The notes beneath the pieces are model-generated. The model was not told the origin of the DNA. It saw only the letters and a list, made by a program, of their open reading frames with translations, and searched no databases. From NCBI GenBank assembly GCA_044222245.1, contig JBGANQ010000001.1:126239-190238 (forward strand): a stretch of 64,000 nt of DNA, in the 5' to 3' direction. Shown one piece after another: positions 23,255-32,834 of this stretch (the first letter of the stretch is position 1; the number at the start of each line of letters is the position of its first letter). This DNA is from Polyangia bacterium (GTDB lineage Bacteria > Myxococcota_A > Polyangia > Palsa-1104 > JAEUJZ01). The position numbers and the translations under genes are program-made.

Positions 23255-24544
23255 TTATACAGGTTGCAGCAGCGAGGCCAAGACGGTCGCCCCCGCCGGC
23301 AGCGCCGCCGGCCCGGGCGGCACATGCAGCAGCGCGTTGACCCCGACCATCGAGCGCAGCATCCCCGAGCCCTGGTGCCGCGGCGCCCGCCCGAGCAGCA
23401 CCGCCGGCTCATCGGCCGAGCGGCTGACCAGGGCGCGCATGAAGTGCAGCCGGTGGCGATCGGGCAGGATCGGCTCGACGAGCCGCACCGGGACAAGCGG
23501 CCGCTGCAGCGCCGCCCCGTCGAACCCGAGCAGCCGACGCAGGGCCGGCCGCACGAACAGCTCGAAGCTGACCATCGACGACGCCGGGTTGCCGGGCAGC
23601 CCGAACACCATCACCTCGGGCCCGCCGGCGCCGGGCGGCAGCAGCAGGAACTGCAGCGGCTTGCCGGGCCGCATCGCCACCTTGGAGAACTGCTCGGTCG
23701 CCCCGAGCAGGGCCAGGGCCTCGCGCACGTAGTCGAACTCGCCCACCGAGACCCCGCCCGACGAGATCACCACGTCGGCGCGCGCCGCCTCGGCAAAGCA
23801 GGCGGCGATGGCCTGGCGATCATCGGCGGCGATGGGCAGCACCCGCCCCACTGCCCCGACCTCGGTCACCTGGGCGAGCAGCGCGTGGGCGTTGCTGTTG
23901 ACGATCTGCCCCGGCCCCGGCGCCACGTCCGCGGTCACCAGCTCGTCCCCGGTGGAGACGATGGCGACCTGCGGGCGCCGGTGGACCTGCACCAGCGTCC
24001 GCCCGAGCGCCGAGAGGAGGCCGAGCTCGCCCGGGCCGAGCAGCACGCCGGCCGGCAGCACGACCTCGCCGGCGGCGATGTCCTCACCGGCGCGGCGGAT
24101 GTGCTGCCCGAGCGCCGCGGCGGCGCGGAAGCGCACTGCACCGGCCTGCTCGTCCGCCTCTTCTTTCATGATCACCGCGTCGGCCCCGGCGGGCAGCGGC
24201 GCCCCGGTCATGATGCGCACCACCGTCCCCGGGGCCAGCGGCTCTGTCGCCGGGTGGCCGGCGGCGATGACTCCGACCACCGGCAGCGGCTGGCCGACCT
24301 GGACCTCGGCGGCGCGCACCGCGTACCCGTCCATGGCCGAGCTGTCCCACGGCGGCAGCCGGCGCCCCGCGGTCACCGGCTCGCGCAGCACCCGCCCGAG
24401 CGCCGCCCCCAGCTCGACCACCTCGCCCGCCAGCGGGCGACAGCGGTGCAGGATAAGGGCCAGCGCCGCTTCCGGAGACAGCAGCTCCGGCACCACGGCT
24501 GCAGGCAGGGGCTTGTCGCCGGCCGGCGAATCAGGAGTGGTCAT
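23255..24544 (-). CDS. moeA: molybdopterin molybdenumtransferase MoeA
   Basis: PPWDSSAMDGYAVRA, RIMTGAPLPAGADAVIMKE, SSGGVSVGEFDYV, FGLPGNPASSMVSF. Confidence 0.9.
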   Translation of the reverse strand: MTTPDSPAGDKPLPAAVVPELLSPEAALALILHRCRPLAGEVVELGAALGRVLREPVTAGRRLPPWDSSAMDGYAVRAAEVQVGQPLPVVGVIAAGHPATEPLAPGTVVRIMTGAPLPAGADAVIMKEEADEQAGAVRFRAAAALGQHIRRAGEDIAAGEVVLPAGVLLGPGELGLLSALGRTLVQVHRRPQVAIVSTGDELVTADVAPGPGQIVNSNAHALLAQVTEVGAVGRVLPIAADDRQAIAACFAEAARADVVISSGGVSVGEFDYVREALALLGATEQFSKVAMRPGKPLQFLLLPPGAGGPEVMVFGLPGNPASSMVSFELFVRPALRRLLGFDGAALQRPLVPVRLVEPILPDRHRLHFMRALVSRSADEPAVLLGRAPRHQGSGMLRSMVGVNALLHVPPGPAALPAGATVLASLLQPV

Positions 24545-24743
24545 GGCTGGCGGTTTTCCTCCACCGGCCCTGCTCTGTCAACGACCAACCCGCCGGCCCG
24601 CCGGCCCGCCGGCCCACACCCCCCTGGGTACCCAGCTTCTGCTGGGGCGGCCCCCGCGCCGCGGGCAGCTTGCGGGCTCCTTGCGTGCGCTTGCATGCCG
24701 GTTGCAGGTTTGACAAGCGCTGCCTGGGCATTAGGTTCCGGTT

Positions 24744-25010
24744 ATGCCCATCTACGAATACAGCTGTGAGTGCGGCGCGATCCTGGAGAGCCTGGAGTCC
24801 GTCGGCTCGACGCGGCAGCTCTGCGGCGAGCTGTGCAAGCAGGCAAGCCGGGCCGGACTTGCCGTCATGCCCTCCGGCCAAGGGAAGCTCACCCGGCTGC
24901 TCTCGGTCTCTGGCATCCGCGGCGACGGCCACGAGGCCAGAGAGCCGGTCTTCGACCCGGTCAAGCGCGCCAACCGCCCCGGCTGCGACGACTGCAGCTG
25001 CGACAACTGA
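24744..25010 (+). CDS. FmdB-family zinc-ribbon putative regulatory protein
   Basis: MPIYEYSCECGAILE...C..C N-terminal CxxC...CxxC zinc ribbon; C-terminal CDDCSCDN. Confidence 0.7.
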   Translation: MPIYEYSCECGAILESLESVGSTRQLCGELCKQASRAGLAVMPSGQGKLTRLLSVSGIRGDGHEAREPVFDPVKRANRPGCDDCSCDN

Positions 25011-25159
25011 GCCTCAGGAACCAGCTCCCGTAAATTAGGGTCGGCCAGGAACAAACACGGAAACAAACGCACGAGCGAGCGCAGGAGCTGCAAGGAAGCA
25101 GACAGTCGCGCCCGTGCGCTCTTTGCCTTTGTGCCGGGCCGTGTTACAAGCGCGCTTGT

Positions 25160-25453
25160 ATGTGCCCACAGACAAGCGGCGAAGCGGCCCCGCGGACGAC
25201 CCTTTGGCGACGGTCCTGGGGGACACTCTGCGGCAGTCGGCTCGGCCTCGCGCTGAGCCTGGTATTCGTGCTCGCGCTCGCGCCGGCCTGCGCGGTCGTC
25301 AAGCCCTACCAGCGCGAGCAGCTGGCCGAGCGCTGCATGGCGCCGGGCCTGGGCGACTCCGCCGAGCTCAAGTTTCGCTCGCACTGGGAGGGCTCGCGCC
25401 ACGGGGGTGAGGGCGGCTTCTCGTACGCCAGCGGTGGCTGCGGATGCAACTGA
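25160..25453 (+). CDS. DUF4266-family small lipoprotein
   Basis: Lipobox LALAPAC, VKPYQREQLAE... and C-terminal GGFSYASGGCGCN (Gly-rich tail ending GCGCN characteristic of DUF4266). Overlaps next gene by 10 nt. Confidence 0.55.
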   Translation: MCPQTSGEAAPRTTLWRRSWGTLCGSRLGLALSLVFVLALAPACAVVKPYQREQLAERCMAPGLGDSAELKFRSHWEGSRHGGEGGFSYASGGCGCN

Positions 25454-26745
25454 GCGACCGGCGGCGCGACCCGCGGGCGTGGCAGACGCGGCAGGCGTGG
25501 CACTCCGGGCGGTTCACGGGCCTGCGCCGCTGCCTCCCCCTGCTCTTGCTGAGCGTGTTCCTGGCGGGTCCCGCAGGCGCCGAGCAGATCCCGCAGAACC
25601 CGAGCGGCGAGGTCGCCTTTCGCGGCAACTACTGGCGCGACCGCAACACGCGCGTGCTAAACCCGACGGTGGATGTCCGCCAGGAGCTGCCGGGCCGGGT
25701 CGGCGTCAATGCGCACTACGTGCTCGACGCGATTACCTCGGCCTCGCTGGCCGCCGGCGCCAACACCGACCAGCCGTTCACCGAGCTGCGCCACGAGGCA
25801 GGCCTGGGCGTCGACGTCCAGCTGCCCGGCAAGACGACCCTGTCGGCCAACTATAGCTACTCGACCGAGAGCGACTACTTCTCGCACAACGCCGGGCTGC
25901 GCGCCAAGTTCAGCATGTTCCAGGACAACTCGACGCTGGTCTTCGGGCTCGACTACGGCCATAACACGGTGGGCAAGCGCCTGGGCCCGACCGGCTACCT
26001 GATTGAAGGGGTGCTGCAGACGATGCACATGGTCGTTCTGTGGTCGCAGGTGCTGGGCAAGCGGCTGCTCGGCACCGCCTCGTACGAGCTGACCAGCGCC
26101 AACGGCTACCAGAACAACGTCTACCGGCCGGTGCCCGGCGAGCAGACCCTGGAGATCGAGAACCTGCCCGGCCAGCGCCTGCGCCACGTCGGCGCGCTGT
26201 CGCTGCACGCGATGATCCCGACGCGCTCGACCCTGGTCCCGCACGTCACCCTGCGGCCGGGGCTGCGCGGCCACTACGACTCGTGGAACCTGCGGGCGCT
26301 CAACCCCGAGCTGGCCGCCTACGTGCCCATCGGCCCGGTCGAGCTGCGCGGCCTGTTCAGCTTCTACACCCAGTGGGACGTCTACTTCTACCGCCACGAG
26401 GGGGATGACCTGGCCAACGTCTTTCCCGGCTCGCCTTATTACAAGAGCGCGACGATCCGCGAGCTCGGCTACTTCACCTCGGACACCAAGCTCGGCACGT
26501 ACAACACGTATACCGCCGAGCTGCAGCTCAAGTGGCGGCTGACGTTCTTGCGCGGCTCGGGCCCGATCAGCCAGCGCCTGAGCCGCACCGTCGTCGAGCT
26601 CACCGGCGGCATGTGGTTCGCGGATCAGGCGGTGGGCAACCAGTTTGGCATCCCGCTCGCAAGCGGCGATCCGCGCGGGCCGGCCGGCTGCTCGCTGATC
26701 TGCGGGGCCGGCTACGCGAGCCTGGGCCTGTACATTCCGCTGTAG
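25444..26745 (+). CDS. DUF3570-family predicted outer-membrane beta-barrel protein
   Basis: Signal peptide, alternating beta-strand pattern, C-terminal aromatic residue. Translationally coupled to DUF4266 gene (ATGCAACTGA overlap). Confidence 0.5.
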   Translation: MQLSDRRRDPRAWQTRQAWHSGRFTGLRRCLPLLLLSVFLAGPAGAEQIPQNPSGEVAFRGNYWRDRNTRVLNPTVDVRQELPGRVGVNAHYVLDAITSASLAAGANTDQPFTELRHEAGLGVDVQLPGKTTLSANYSYSTESDYFSHNAGLRAKFSMFQDNSTLVFGLDYGHNTVGKRLGPTGYLIEGVLQTMHMVVLWSQVLGKRLLGTASYELTSANGYQNNVYRPVPGEQTLEIENLPGQRLRHVGALSLHAMIPTRSTLVPHVTLRPGLRGHYDSWNLRALNPELAAYVPIGPVELRGLFSFYTQWDVYFYRHEGDDLANVFPGSPYYKSATIRELGYFTSDTKLGTYNTYTAELQLKWRLTFLRGSGPISQRLSRTVVELTGGMWFADQAVGNQFGIPLASGDPRGPAGCSLICGAGYASLGLYIPL

Positions 26746-26793
26746 CGCTGCCGGTCCCGCGGCGCGGCCACCTGGGCCAGATTGAGCAGAGCC

Positions 26794-26810
26794 TGGCACG
26801 CTGCCGGCAT
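26794..26810 (+). promoter_or_regulatory. candidate sigma-54 (-24/-12) promoter
   Basis: TGGCACgctgccgGCAt: GG-N10-GC spacing correct, -24 perfect, -12 GCa only. Confidence 0.3.
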
Positions 26811-26998
26811 GCTGCCCGTCTGCGGGCAGGCAGCGGTCAAAAGTGACCAACTTGGCAGACTTGGACTGCAGTCTTGGCAGTCGCCCGCGGGCCGCATCGG
26901 GCAGCGGAGCGCGCGAAAGCCGTGGCGCGGCTGACGGCAGGGCGAAAATCTGCGGGCGTTGCGCTGGGTTGCACCGATTCTTGCATCAAGTGGCGGTC

Positions 26999-27298
26999 AT
27001 GACTCCACGCGCCGTTCCCCCGCCGATTCCTGCAAGCTGCCACTTGCCCGCGCGGCCCGCCGCGCAGTCCCTCCCCGAGCCGCCGATCCGGCGCTACGCC
27101 ATGCACTGGCTGCAGCACGCCGCCGCCCGCATCAACAAGCGCCACGAGCGCAGCCAGCGCCAGCGCCTGCTAACCGAGGCGGTGTTCGGCATCGACCACC
27201 TGTTTGATCTAAGCGACATCCCCACCCGACCGCTGCGCCGCATCCGCCCGCTGCACGGCAGCGACCCCGGCATGCAGCACGGGGTCGGCCGCGCCTGA
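26999..27298 (+). CDS. hypothetical small protein (99 aa)
   Basis: MTPRAVPP...MHWLQHAAARINKRHERSQRQRLLTEAVFGIDHLFDL. High GC3. About 190 bp downstream of candidate sigma-54 promoter. Confidence 0.3.
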   Translation: MTPRAVPPPIPASCHLPARPAAQSLPEPPIRRYAMHWLQHAAARINKRHERSQRQRLLTEAVFGIDHLFDLSDIPTRPLRRIRPLHGSDPGMQHGVGRA

Positions 27299-27416
27299 GC
27301 CGCGCGCCGCTCCCGGCAAGTCGGGGGTAGGCTGCGCCAGAGCCTTGGCTGTAGAGCTCGCAAGCGGCTCCCCGTAGCGCTTTACAGCTTGGAAGCGCGC
27401 GTGTTACGCGCATCCA

Positions 27417-28019
27417 ATGCGAGCGGTAGTCCAGCGGGTGTCGCGCGCTGCGGTGCGCGAGGTGACCAGCGGCGAGATCCTGGGCAGCATCGGCGCCGGC
27501 TCCGAAGGCTCGGACGCCCCGGGGCTGTGCGTCCTGCTCGGCATCGGGCACGGCGACACGCAGGCCGAGGCAGACTGGCTGGCCGACAAGATCACCGGCC
27601 TGCGCATCTTCCCAGACGACGCCGCCGAGCCGGCCGCCAGTCGGGCGGGCGAATCGGCCGACGCGCCCCCGGCGCCGGATGAGTCGGCAGCCAAGCGGGC
27701 GGGCAACATGAACCGCTCGCTGCGCGAGGTCGGCGGGGCGCTGCTGGTGGTGAGCCAGTTCACCCTGTACGCCGACCTCAGTCGCGGCCGCCGCCCGTCG
27801 TTTACCGCGGCCATGCCGCCGACCGCGGCCGAGGCGCTGTACGAGTACTTCGTCGCGGCGCTGCGCCGCCTGGGCTATCGCGTCGCCACCGGGCGCTTTG
27901 GTGCCCTGATGGCGGTGGAGCTTATCAACCAGGGGCCGGTCACCCTGTGGCTCGACACCTGCGAGGCCAGCCGGGGCCGCGACAAGACCCCGAGCCTGGC
28001 CGCCGGCCAAGGAGGCTAG
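27417..28019 (+). CDS. dtd: D-aminoacyl-tRNA deacylase
   Basis: MRAVVQRVSRAAV N-terminus, SQFTLYAD (SQFTL motif), C-terminal GPVTLWLD; contains an about 45-aa Ala/Pro-rich insertion. Confidence 0.85.
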   Translation: MRAVVQRVSRAAVREVTSGEILGSIGAGSEGSDAPGLCVLLGIGHGDTQAEADWLADKITGLRIFPDDAAEPAASRAGESADAPPAPDESAAKRAGNMNRSLREVGGALLVVSQFTLYADLSRGRRPSFTAAMPPTAAEALYEYFVAALRRLGYRVATGRFGALMAVELINQGPVTLWLDTCEASRGRDKTPSLAAGQGG

Positions 28020-28021
28020 CC

Positions 28022-29239
28022 GTGCGTCCCACCCTGCCCGCCCTCTCGGTCGCGACGCTGTGCCTGCTGCTCGGGCCAAGCGCCCGGGCCTCGCTGCCCG
28101 AGCTGATCTCGCTCGGCACCCGCTCACCGGCGCTCGCCGGCACCGGCGTCGCCGAGGCCACCGGCTACGAGGCGACCTACCAGAACCCGGCCGGCCTGGC
28201 CACCGGCAAGCGCAACCTCACCCTGGGCCTGGTCTACGGCGGCTACCAGACCACGATCGATGACGCGCCCTACCCCATCGAGAACACTCTGGGCCTTCTC
28301 ATCGGCGGCGCGCTGCCGCTGCCGCTCGGCGGGGTGATGAAGGATCGGCTGGGCCTGGGCCTTGGCCTGTACCTGCCGGCGGGCTTCATCAACCGAGTAC
28401 GAGTGCCGTTTCCCGACGTCGCCCGCGCCACCCTGCTCGACTCGCGGACCCAGATCGTGTCGATCTTGTTTGGCGGCGGGGTGCGGCTGCCGTGGGGGCT
28501 GCAGCTCGGCGGCGGGGTGCTGGCGCTGGCGGCGCTGGTCGGCGAGATCAATATCCAGCAGGACGGCAGCGGACGCCTCATCGCCGCCTCCGAGCAGCAG
28601 CTGACGGTCAACTACTCGCCGATCCTCGGGGCGCGCTGGCAGAGCCCGGGCGGCCGGGTCGCCCTCGGGGCGGTGTTCCGCGGGGTGTCGCAGTCGTCCT
28701 ACCGCATCACGGTGCACACGCGCCTGGGCGACGCCCTGCCGCTCATGCTGCCGGTGATCTACTTCTCCGGCATCGCCCAGTACGACCCGCTGCAGGTGGC
28801 TGCCGAGGTCGCGCTGCGAACGAGCCGGCGGCTCTTGCTCACCGCTCAGCTGAGCTACAAGCAGTGGTCGGCGTTCGCCTACCCGATCGACAAGTCCACC
28901 GACGGCTCGCTGCCGCTGCCAGTGCCGCACTTCCACGACACCGTGGTGCCGCGGGTGGCGGTCGAGTGGCAGCCGGCCGACCTGCACGCGGTCGAGCTCC
29001 TGCTGCGCCTGGGCTACTTCTTCGAGTGGAGCCCGACTCCAAGCCCGCCGCCCGACGACCTGGCGCGCAACCTGCTCGACAGCGACCGCCATGTGATTAC
29101 CGCGGGCGTCAGCGTGCGGCTGCTCGGGCGGGTCCCGCTGTCGGTCTCGGTGTTCGGCCAGGGGCACCTGCTGACCCCCTCGCCGCGCTTCAACGGCGGC
29201 TTTGGCACCCTGGGCACCGCTGTGGGGCTCGACCTATGA
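28022..29239 (+). CDS. FadL/TodX/OmpP1-family outer-membrane hydrophobic-compound channel (1)
   Basis: GTG start 2 nt after dtd stop with AAGGAGG RBS. Signal peptide. ATYQNPAGLA (NPAGL FadL motif), beta-strand alternation, C-terminal aromatic. Confidence 0.65.
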   Translation: MRPTLPALSVATLCLLLGPSARASLPELISLGTRSPALAGTGVAEATGYEATYQNPAGLATGKRNLTLGLVYGGYQTTIDDAPYPIENTLGLLIGGALPLPLGGVMKDRLGLGLGLYLPAGFINRVRVPFPDVARATLLDSRTQIVSILFGGGVRLPWGLQLGGGVLALAALVGEINIQQDGSGRLIAASEQQLTVNYSPILGARWQSPGGRVALGAVFRGVSQSSYRITVHTRLGDALPLMLPVIYFSGIAQYDPLQVAAEVALRTSRRLLLTAQLSYKQWSAFAYPIDKSTDGSLPLPVPHFHDTVVPRVAVEWQPADLHAVELLLRLGYFFEWSPTPSPPPDDLARNLLDSDRHVITAGVSVRLLGRVPLSVSVFGQGHLLTPSPRFNGGFGTLGTAVGLDL

Positions 29240-30621
29240 GGCGGCGGGCGATGGAGCCGCTCCGCGGCGGCGGCCTGCGAGGCGCGCCGGCTGGCCTTGG
29301 GCTGCTTGCCGGCCTTACGCTGCTCGGCGGCCCGGGGACCGCGCGCGCCAACCCGCTGGACGCCTTTGGCTGGGGGGCGCGCGCCCCGGCGCTCGGCAGC
29401 GCCTACGCGGCGATCGCCGATGACAGCGCCGCCGGCTACTACAACCCGGCGGGCCTGGCGCGCGGCACCGACCTGCGCATCGACGTCGGCTACCAGGTGG
29501 CGCGACCGCTGATCGATGTCTCGGGGCAGCGCCAGTCGATCAAGGACGCCCGTGGCCTGGCGGCCGGCATCGTGCTGCCGGGGCAGATCCTCGGGGTGCG
29601 CTTTGCCTTCGGGGCCACGCTGTTTCTGCCCGACCAGTACGTCACCCGGGTGCACGTGCTGAGCTACGACGCGCCGCGCCTGCAGCTGTACGACAACCGC
29701 ACGCAGCGCTTCTTCCTGGGGGCCAACCTGGCGGTGCGCATCTACCGCGGCCTGTACATCGGCGGCGGGCTGGCGTTCCTCTCGCGCTCGGCCGGCACCG
29801 TCGAGCTGCGCGGTCAGATCGCGCTTTCCGATCCGAACGCCAGCACGCTCCAGTCAGCGGTGGCGGTCGATCTGCTGGCGATCCGCTACCCGCAGTTTGG
29901 CCTCCTGTGGGAGGCAACCTCGCGGCTGACCCTGGCGCTGGTCTACCGCCACAGCTTCCGGCTCGATCTCAGCCAGGGCTTCACCATCAACGCGGATGTC
30001 GGCGACCCCGGCCAGACGCCGGTGGTGTCGGCGGCCAAGCTGGCCGAGATCTCAAACTCGGTGGACCTGTTCCAGCCGTGGCAGCTGGTGGCGGCGGCGG
30101 CGGCGCGGTTTGGCCGGGTGCTGATCAGCTTCGACCTGACGTTCGCCCGCTGGAGCGAGCAGCCGCCGCCGGCGTCCAACTTCCACCTCGACCTGGACAT
30201 CGGCCAGCTGGGCGATCTGGTCAAGCTGCCGGCCTCGCGCGCCTACCCGGACCCGGGGTTTCACGACCTGCTCATCCCGGCGGTCGGGCTGGAGTGGCGA
30301 GCCATCGACAGCGCCGCCGGAGATCGCCTGGCGCTCGACGTGCGCGGCGGCTACCGCTACGAGGCCTCGCCGGTCCCGGCGCAGCTTGGCGAGTCGAGCT
30401 TCGGCGATGCCGACAAGCACATCATCAGCGGCGGCCTGGGCCTGGAGCTGCGCAAGCTCGGCCGGGTGCTGAGCCGCCCGCTGTCGATCGACGGCTTCGC
30501 CGCCGTGACCGTGCTGCCCGAGCGGCTGTTCCTCAAGCTCGACCCGCGCTCGGCGGTCGGCGACTTCACGGTGCAGGGCCTGGTCTGGCAGGCCGGAGGG
30601 CAGGTGCGATGGCGCTTCTGA
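29236..30621 (+). CDS. FadL/TodX-family outer-membrane channel (2)
   Basis: ATGA overlap with previous gene. Signal peptide ...ARANPLDAFGWGARAPALGSAYAAIADDSAAGYYNPAGLA. Confidence 0.65.
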   Translation: MRRRAMEPLRGGGLRGAPAGLGLLAGLTLLGGPGTARANPLDAFGWGARAPALGSAYAAIADDSAAGYYNPAGLARGTDLRIDVGYQVARPLIDVSGQRQSIKDARGLAAGIVLPGQILGVRFAFGATLFLPDQYVTRVHVLSYDAPRLQLYDNRTQRFFLGANLAVRIYRGLYIGGGLAFLSRSAGTVELRGQIALSDPNASTLQSAVAVDLLAIRYPQFGLLWEATSRLTLALVYRHSFRLDLSQGFTINADVGDPGQTPVVSAAKLAEISNSVDLFQPWQLVAAAAARFGRVLISFDLTFARWSEQPPPASNFHLDLDIGQLGDLVKLPASRAYPDPGFHDLLIPAVGLEWRAIDSAAGDRLALDVRGGYRYEASPVPAQLGESSFGDADKHIISGGLGLELRKLGRVLSRPLSIDGFAAVTVLPERLFLKLDPRSAVGDFTVQGLVWQAGGQVRWRF

Positions 30622-31673
30622 ATCAACGCTGGTGCCGGTGGGCGCGCGGGGGGCTGCTCGGGGCGCTCTTGGGCTGGGGGCTGGCGGCCTGCGGGACCCA
30701 GGGCGGCGGCGAGCCGCTGGTCGATGCGTGGCCGCGCACCGCCCTGCGCAGCTTCGTGTTGCGCGACGCCGAGCAGCCCTACGCCCTGCTGCGCCTGGGC
30801 TGGGATCTCGACCAGCCAGCGGTGGCGCCGCGCCTGGACGAGGCGTCGGGGCCGCTGCCCATCTGGGGCCGCATGAGCCCGCGCCAGGAGGCGCAGCACG
30901 GCGTGCTGTTCCGCGCCACGGTCACCGACCTCGGCGCCGCCGCCCCGCCCGAGCTGGCGCTGGAGCCGGCGGTCGGCTGGGAGGGGAGCGGCCTCAGCTC
31001 GCCGACCTGGCTCGCCGCCGAGGCCGGGCGACCGCCGCTGCTGTTCTACCAAGGCAGCGACGGCAGCGTCGGCCTCGCTCGGCTCGGTGAGGACGGTCAG
31101 GTGCAGCGCTTGACCCCCGCGGCGCCGCTGCTGCCGGCCGCCGCCCTGGGGACCGGCCGCATCGGCCGCTTGAGCGTCGTGAGCGTCGGCGCCACCGTGC
31201 GGCTGTACTACCTGGTCGACGACCAGCGCGCCCACTTCGCGCAGCTTGATGCCGCCGCGCTGGCGCGCCGGGCGGCGGCCGACTCGGGCGCGCTCGACTT
31301 CCAGGTCAGCGCGCCGCTTCTGTGGGCGTCCGACTTTACCGTCAAGCAGACCGCCGTGGTGATGGTCCCGGCCGAGCGGCTGGCGGGGCTGTGGGTCCGC
31401 CGGGTGATCACGCCGGCCGGCCGCGATCGCTTCGACCTGTACGCCGTGGCTTCGGCCATGACCAAGTCGGTGGTGGTCTCGGCCTCGTCATATAGCGGCG
31501 GCGTCATCGGCAGCACTAGCGAGCGCTTCCTACCGGTCGAGTCGCCGGCGCTGGCCAGCAACGACCAGGGCACCCCGAGCAGCCCGGCGATGATCCTCTA
31601 CCAGGGCCAGCCGCTGATGCTCCTTGGGCTGCGCACCGTGCAGACGGGCATCGCGGCCGCCGTCCCGCCCTAG
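30609..31673 (+). CDS. hypothetical lipoprotein
   Basis: 13-nt overlap with previous gene. LGWGLAACGTQ lipobox. Confidence 0.45.
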   Translation: MALLNQRWCRWARGGLLGALLGWGLAACGTQGGGEPLVDAWPRTALRSFVLRDAEQPYALLRLGWDLDQPAVAPRLDEASGPLPIWGRMSPRQEAQHGVLFRATVTDLGAAAPPELALEPAVGWEGSGLSSPTWLAAEAGRPPLLFYQGSDGSVGLARLGEDGQVQRLTPAAPLLPAAALGTGRIGRLSVVSVGATVRLYYLVDDQRAHFAQLDAAALARRAAADSGALDFQVSAPLLWASDFTVKQTAVVMVPAERLAGLWVRRVITPAGRDRFDLYAVASAMTKSVVVSASSYSGGVIGSTSERFLPVESPALASNDQGTPSSPAMILYQGQPLMLLGLRTVQTGIAAAVPP

Positions 31674-31676
31674 GTC

Positions 31677-32783
31677 ATGGCGGCTCTCCGCGGGTTTGAT
31701 GCGGCGCTGGAGCTACTGCAGCAGGGGGTCGGCGAGGCCTACCCGGCAGCTGCCCTGTGGTGCGGTCGCGGCGGGGTCGAGCTCGCTGCGACCGTCGGCG
31801 CCGCCGAGCCGACTACGTGGTTCGATCTCGCCTCGCTGACCAAGCCGCTGGTCACGACCGTGCTGGCGATGCGCCTGCACGCGGCGGGCAGGCTCCAGCT
31901 CGATGAGGAGGTGGCGCTCGGCAGCGGGCCGCCGGTCCGGCTGTGGCAGCTGCTAGCCCACTGCAGCGGGCTGCCGCCGGGACCGCCGCCGCTGTGGGCG
32001 GCGACGCAGGGGCTGCTCAGCGGCCCCTCGGCGGCCAGCCGGGAGGCGGTCGTCGCGATGGCGGCAGCGGCCCCGCGGGGGCCGGCCGGACACCAGGCGA
32101 TCTATAGTGATCTCGGGTTCATCCTGCTCGGCGCGCTGCTCGAGCAGCGCACCGGGGCGCGCCTGGACGAGCAGCTGCGCCCGCTGACCCAGGTGCTGGG
32201 CGCCGAGCTGGCGTTCCGGCCGCTCGATCAACCACCGCCGCCGGGAGCTGCGGCCTGCGCGCCGACCCGCCGCGAGACCGCCGACCGCGAGCTGCTGGTG
32301 GGACAGGTGCACGACGACAACGCCCGCGCCATGCTCGGGGTGGCCGGTCACGCGGGGCTGTTCGGCACCGCCGCCGGCGTGCACTGCCTGGCCGCGGCGC
32401 TGCTAGATGCCTACTGGGACGCCGGTACGCCGCGGCAGCGGGCGCTGGGGCTTGGCAGCGCCACCGTGCGCCGCTTCTTCGCCACCGTCACCGAGCCCGA
32501 CCTGCGCACCACCTGGGGCCTGGGCTGGGACCACCCGGAGCCGCCGCACGCCGGCGCCGCCGCCTCCTCGGCCGGCCGCCTGTGGCCGCGCACCGGCGTC
32601 GGGCACCTCGGCTTTACCGGCTGCTCGCTGTGGCTGGACCTGGAGGCGCGCGGCGTGGCGGTGCTGCTGTCAAACCGGGTCTGCGTGCCCACCGCCGCCG
32701 CCGCCGCCGCGACCAAAGAGCGCCTGCGCGCCCTCCGCCCGGCGCTGCACGACGCGATTCAGCGCACCTGGCGAGCCGGCTAA
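31677..32783 (+). CDS. beta-lactamase-fold serine hydrolase (class C / esterase-like)
   Basis: SxxK active-site motif FDLASLTKPLVTTVLA; about 370 aa; 3-nt spacing from previous gene. Confidence 0.7.
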   Translation: MAALRGFDAALELLQQGVGEAYPAAALWCGRGGVELAATVGAAEPTTWFDLASLTKPLVTTVLAMRLHAAGRLQLDEEVALGSGPPVRLWQLLAHCSGLPPGPPPLWAATQGLLSGPSAASREAVVAMAAAAPRGPAGHQAIYSDLGFILLGALLEQRTGARLDEQLRPLTQVLGAELAFRPLDQPPPPGAAACAPTRRETADRELLVGQVHDDNARAMLGVAGHAGLFGTAAGVHCLAAALLDAYWDAGTPRQRALGLGSATVRRFFATVTEPDLRTTWGLGWDHPEPPHAGAAASSAGRLWPRTGVGHLGFTGCSLWLDLEARGVAVLLSNRVCVPTAAAAAATKERLRALRPALHDAIQRTWRAG

Positions 32784-32834
32784 GGTGCGCCGCCGAGCGC
32801 CCGGATCTATAATTTCGTTCCACTTTTCCAAGGA

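Noticed and set aside
24545-24743. Possible Moco riboswitch in the moeA leader
   Set aside because: I could not recognise the conserved Moco RNA motif by eye. The region is a short divergent promoter with a (CCGGCCCGC)3 repeat.
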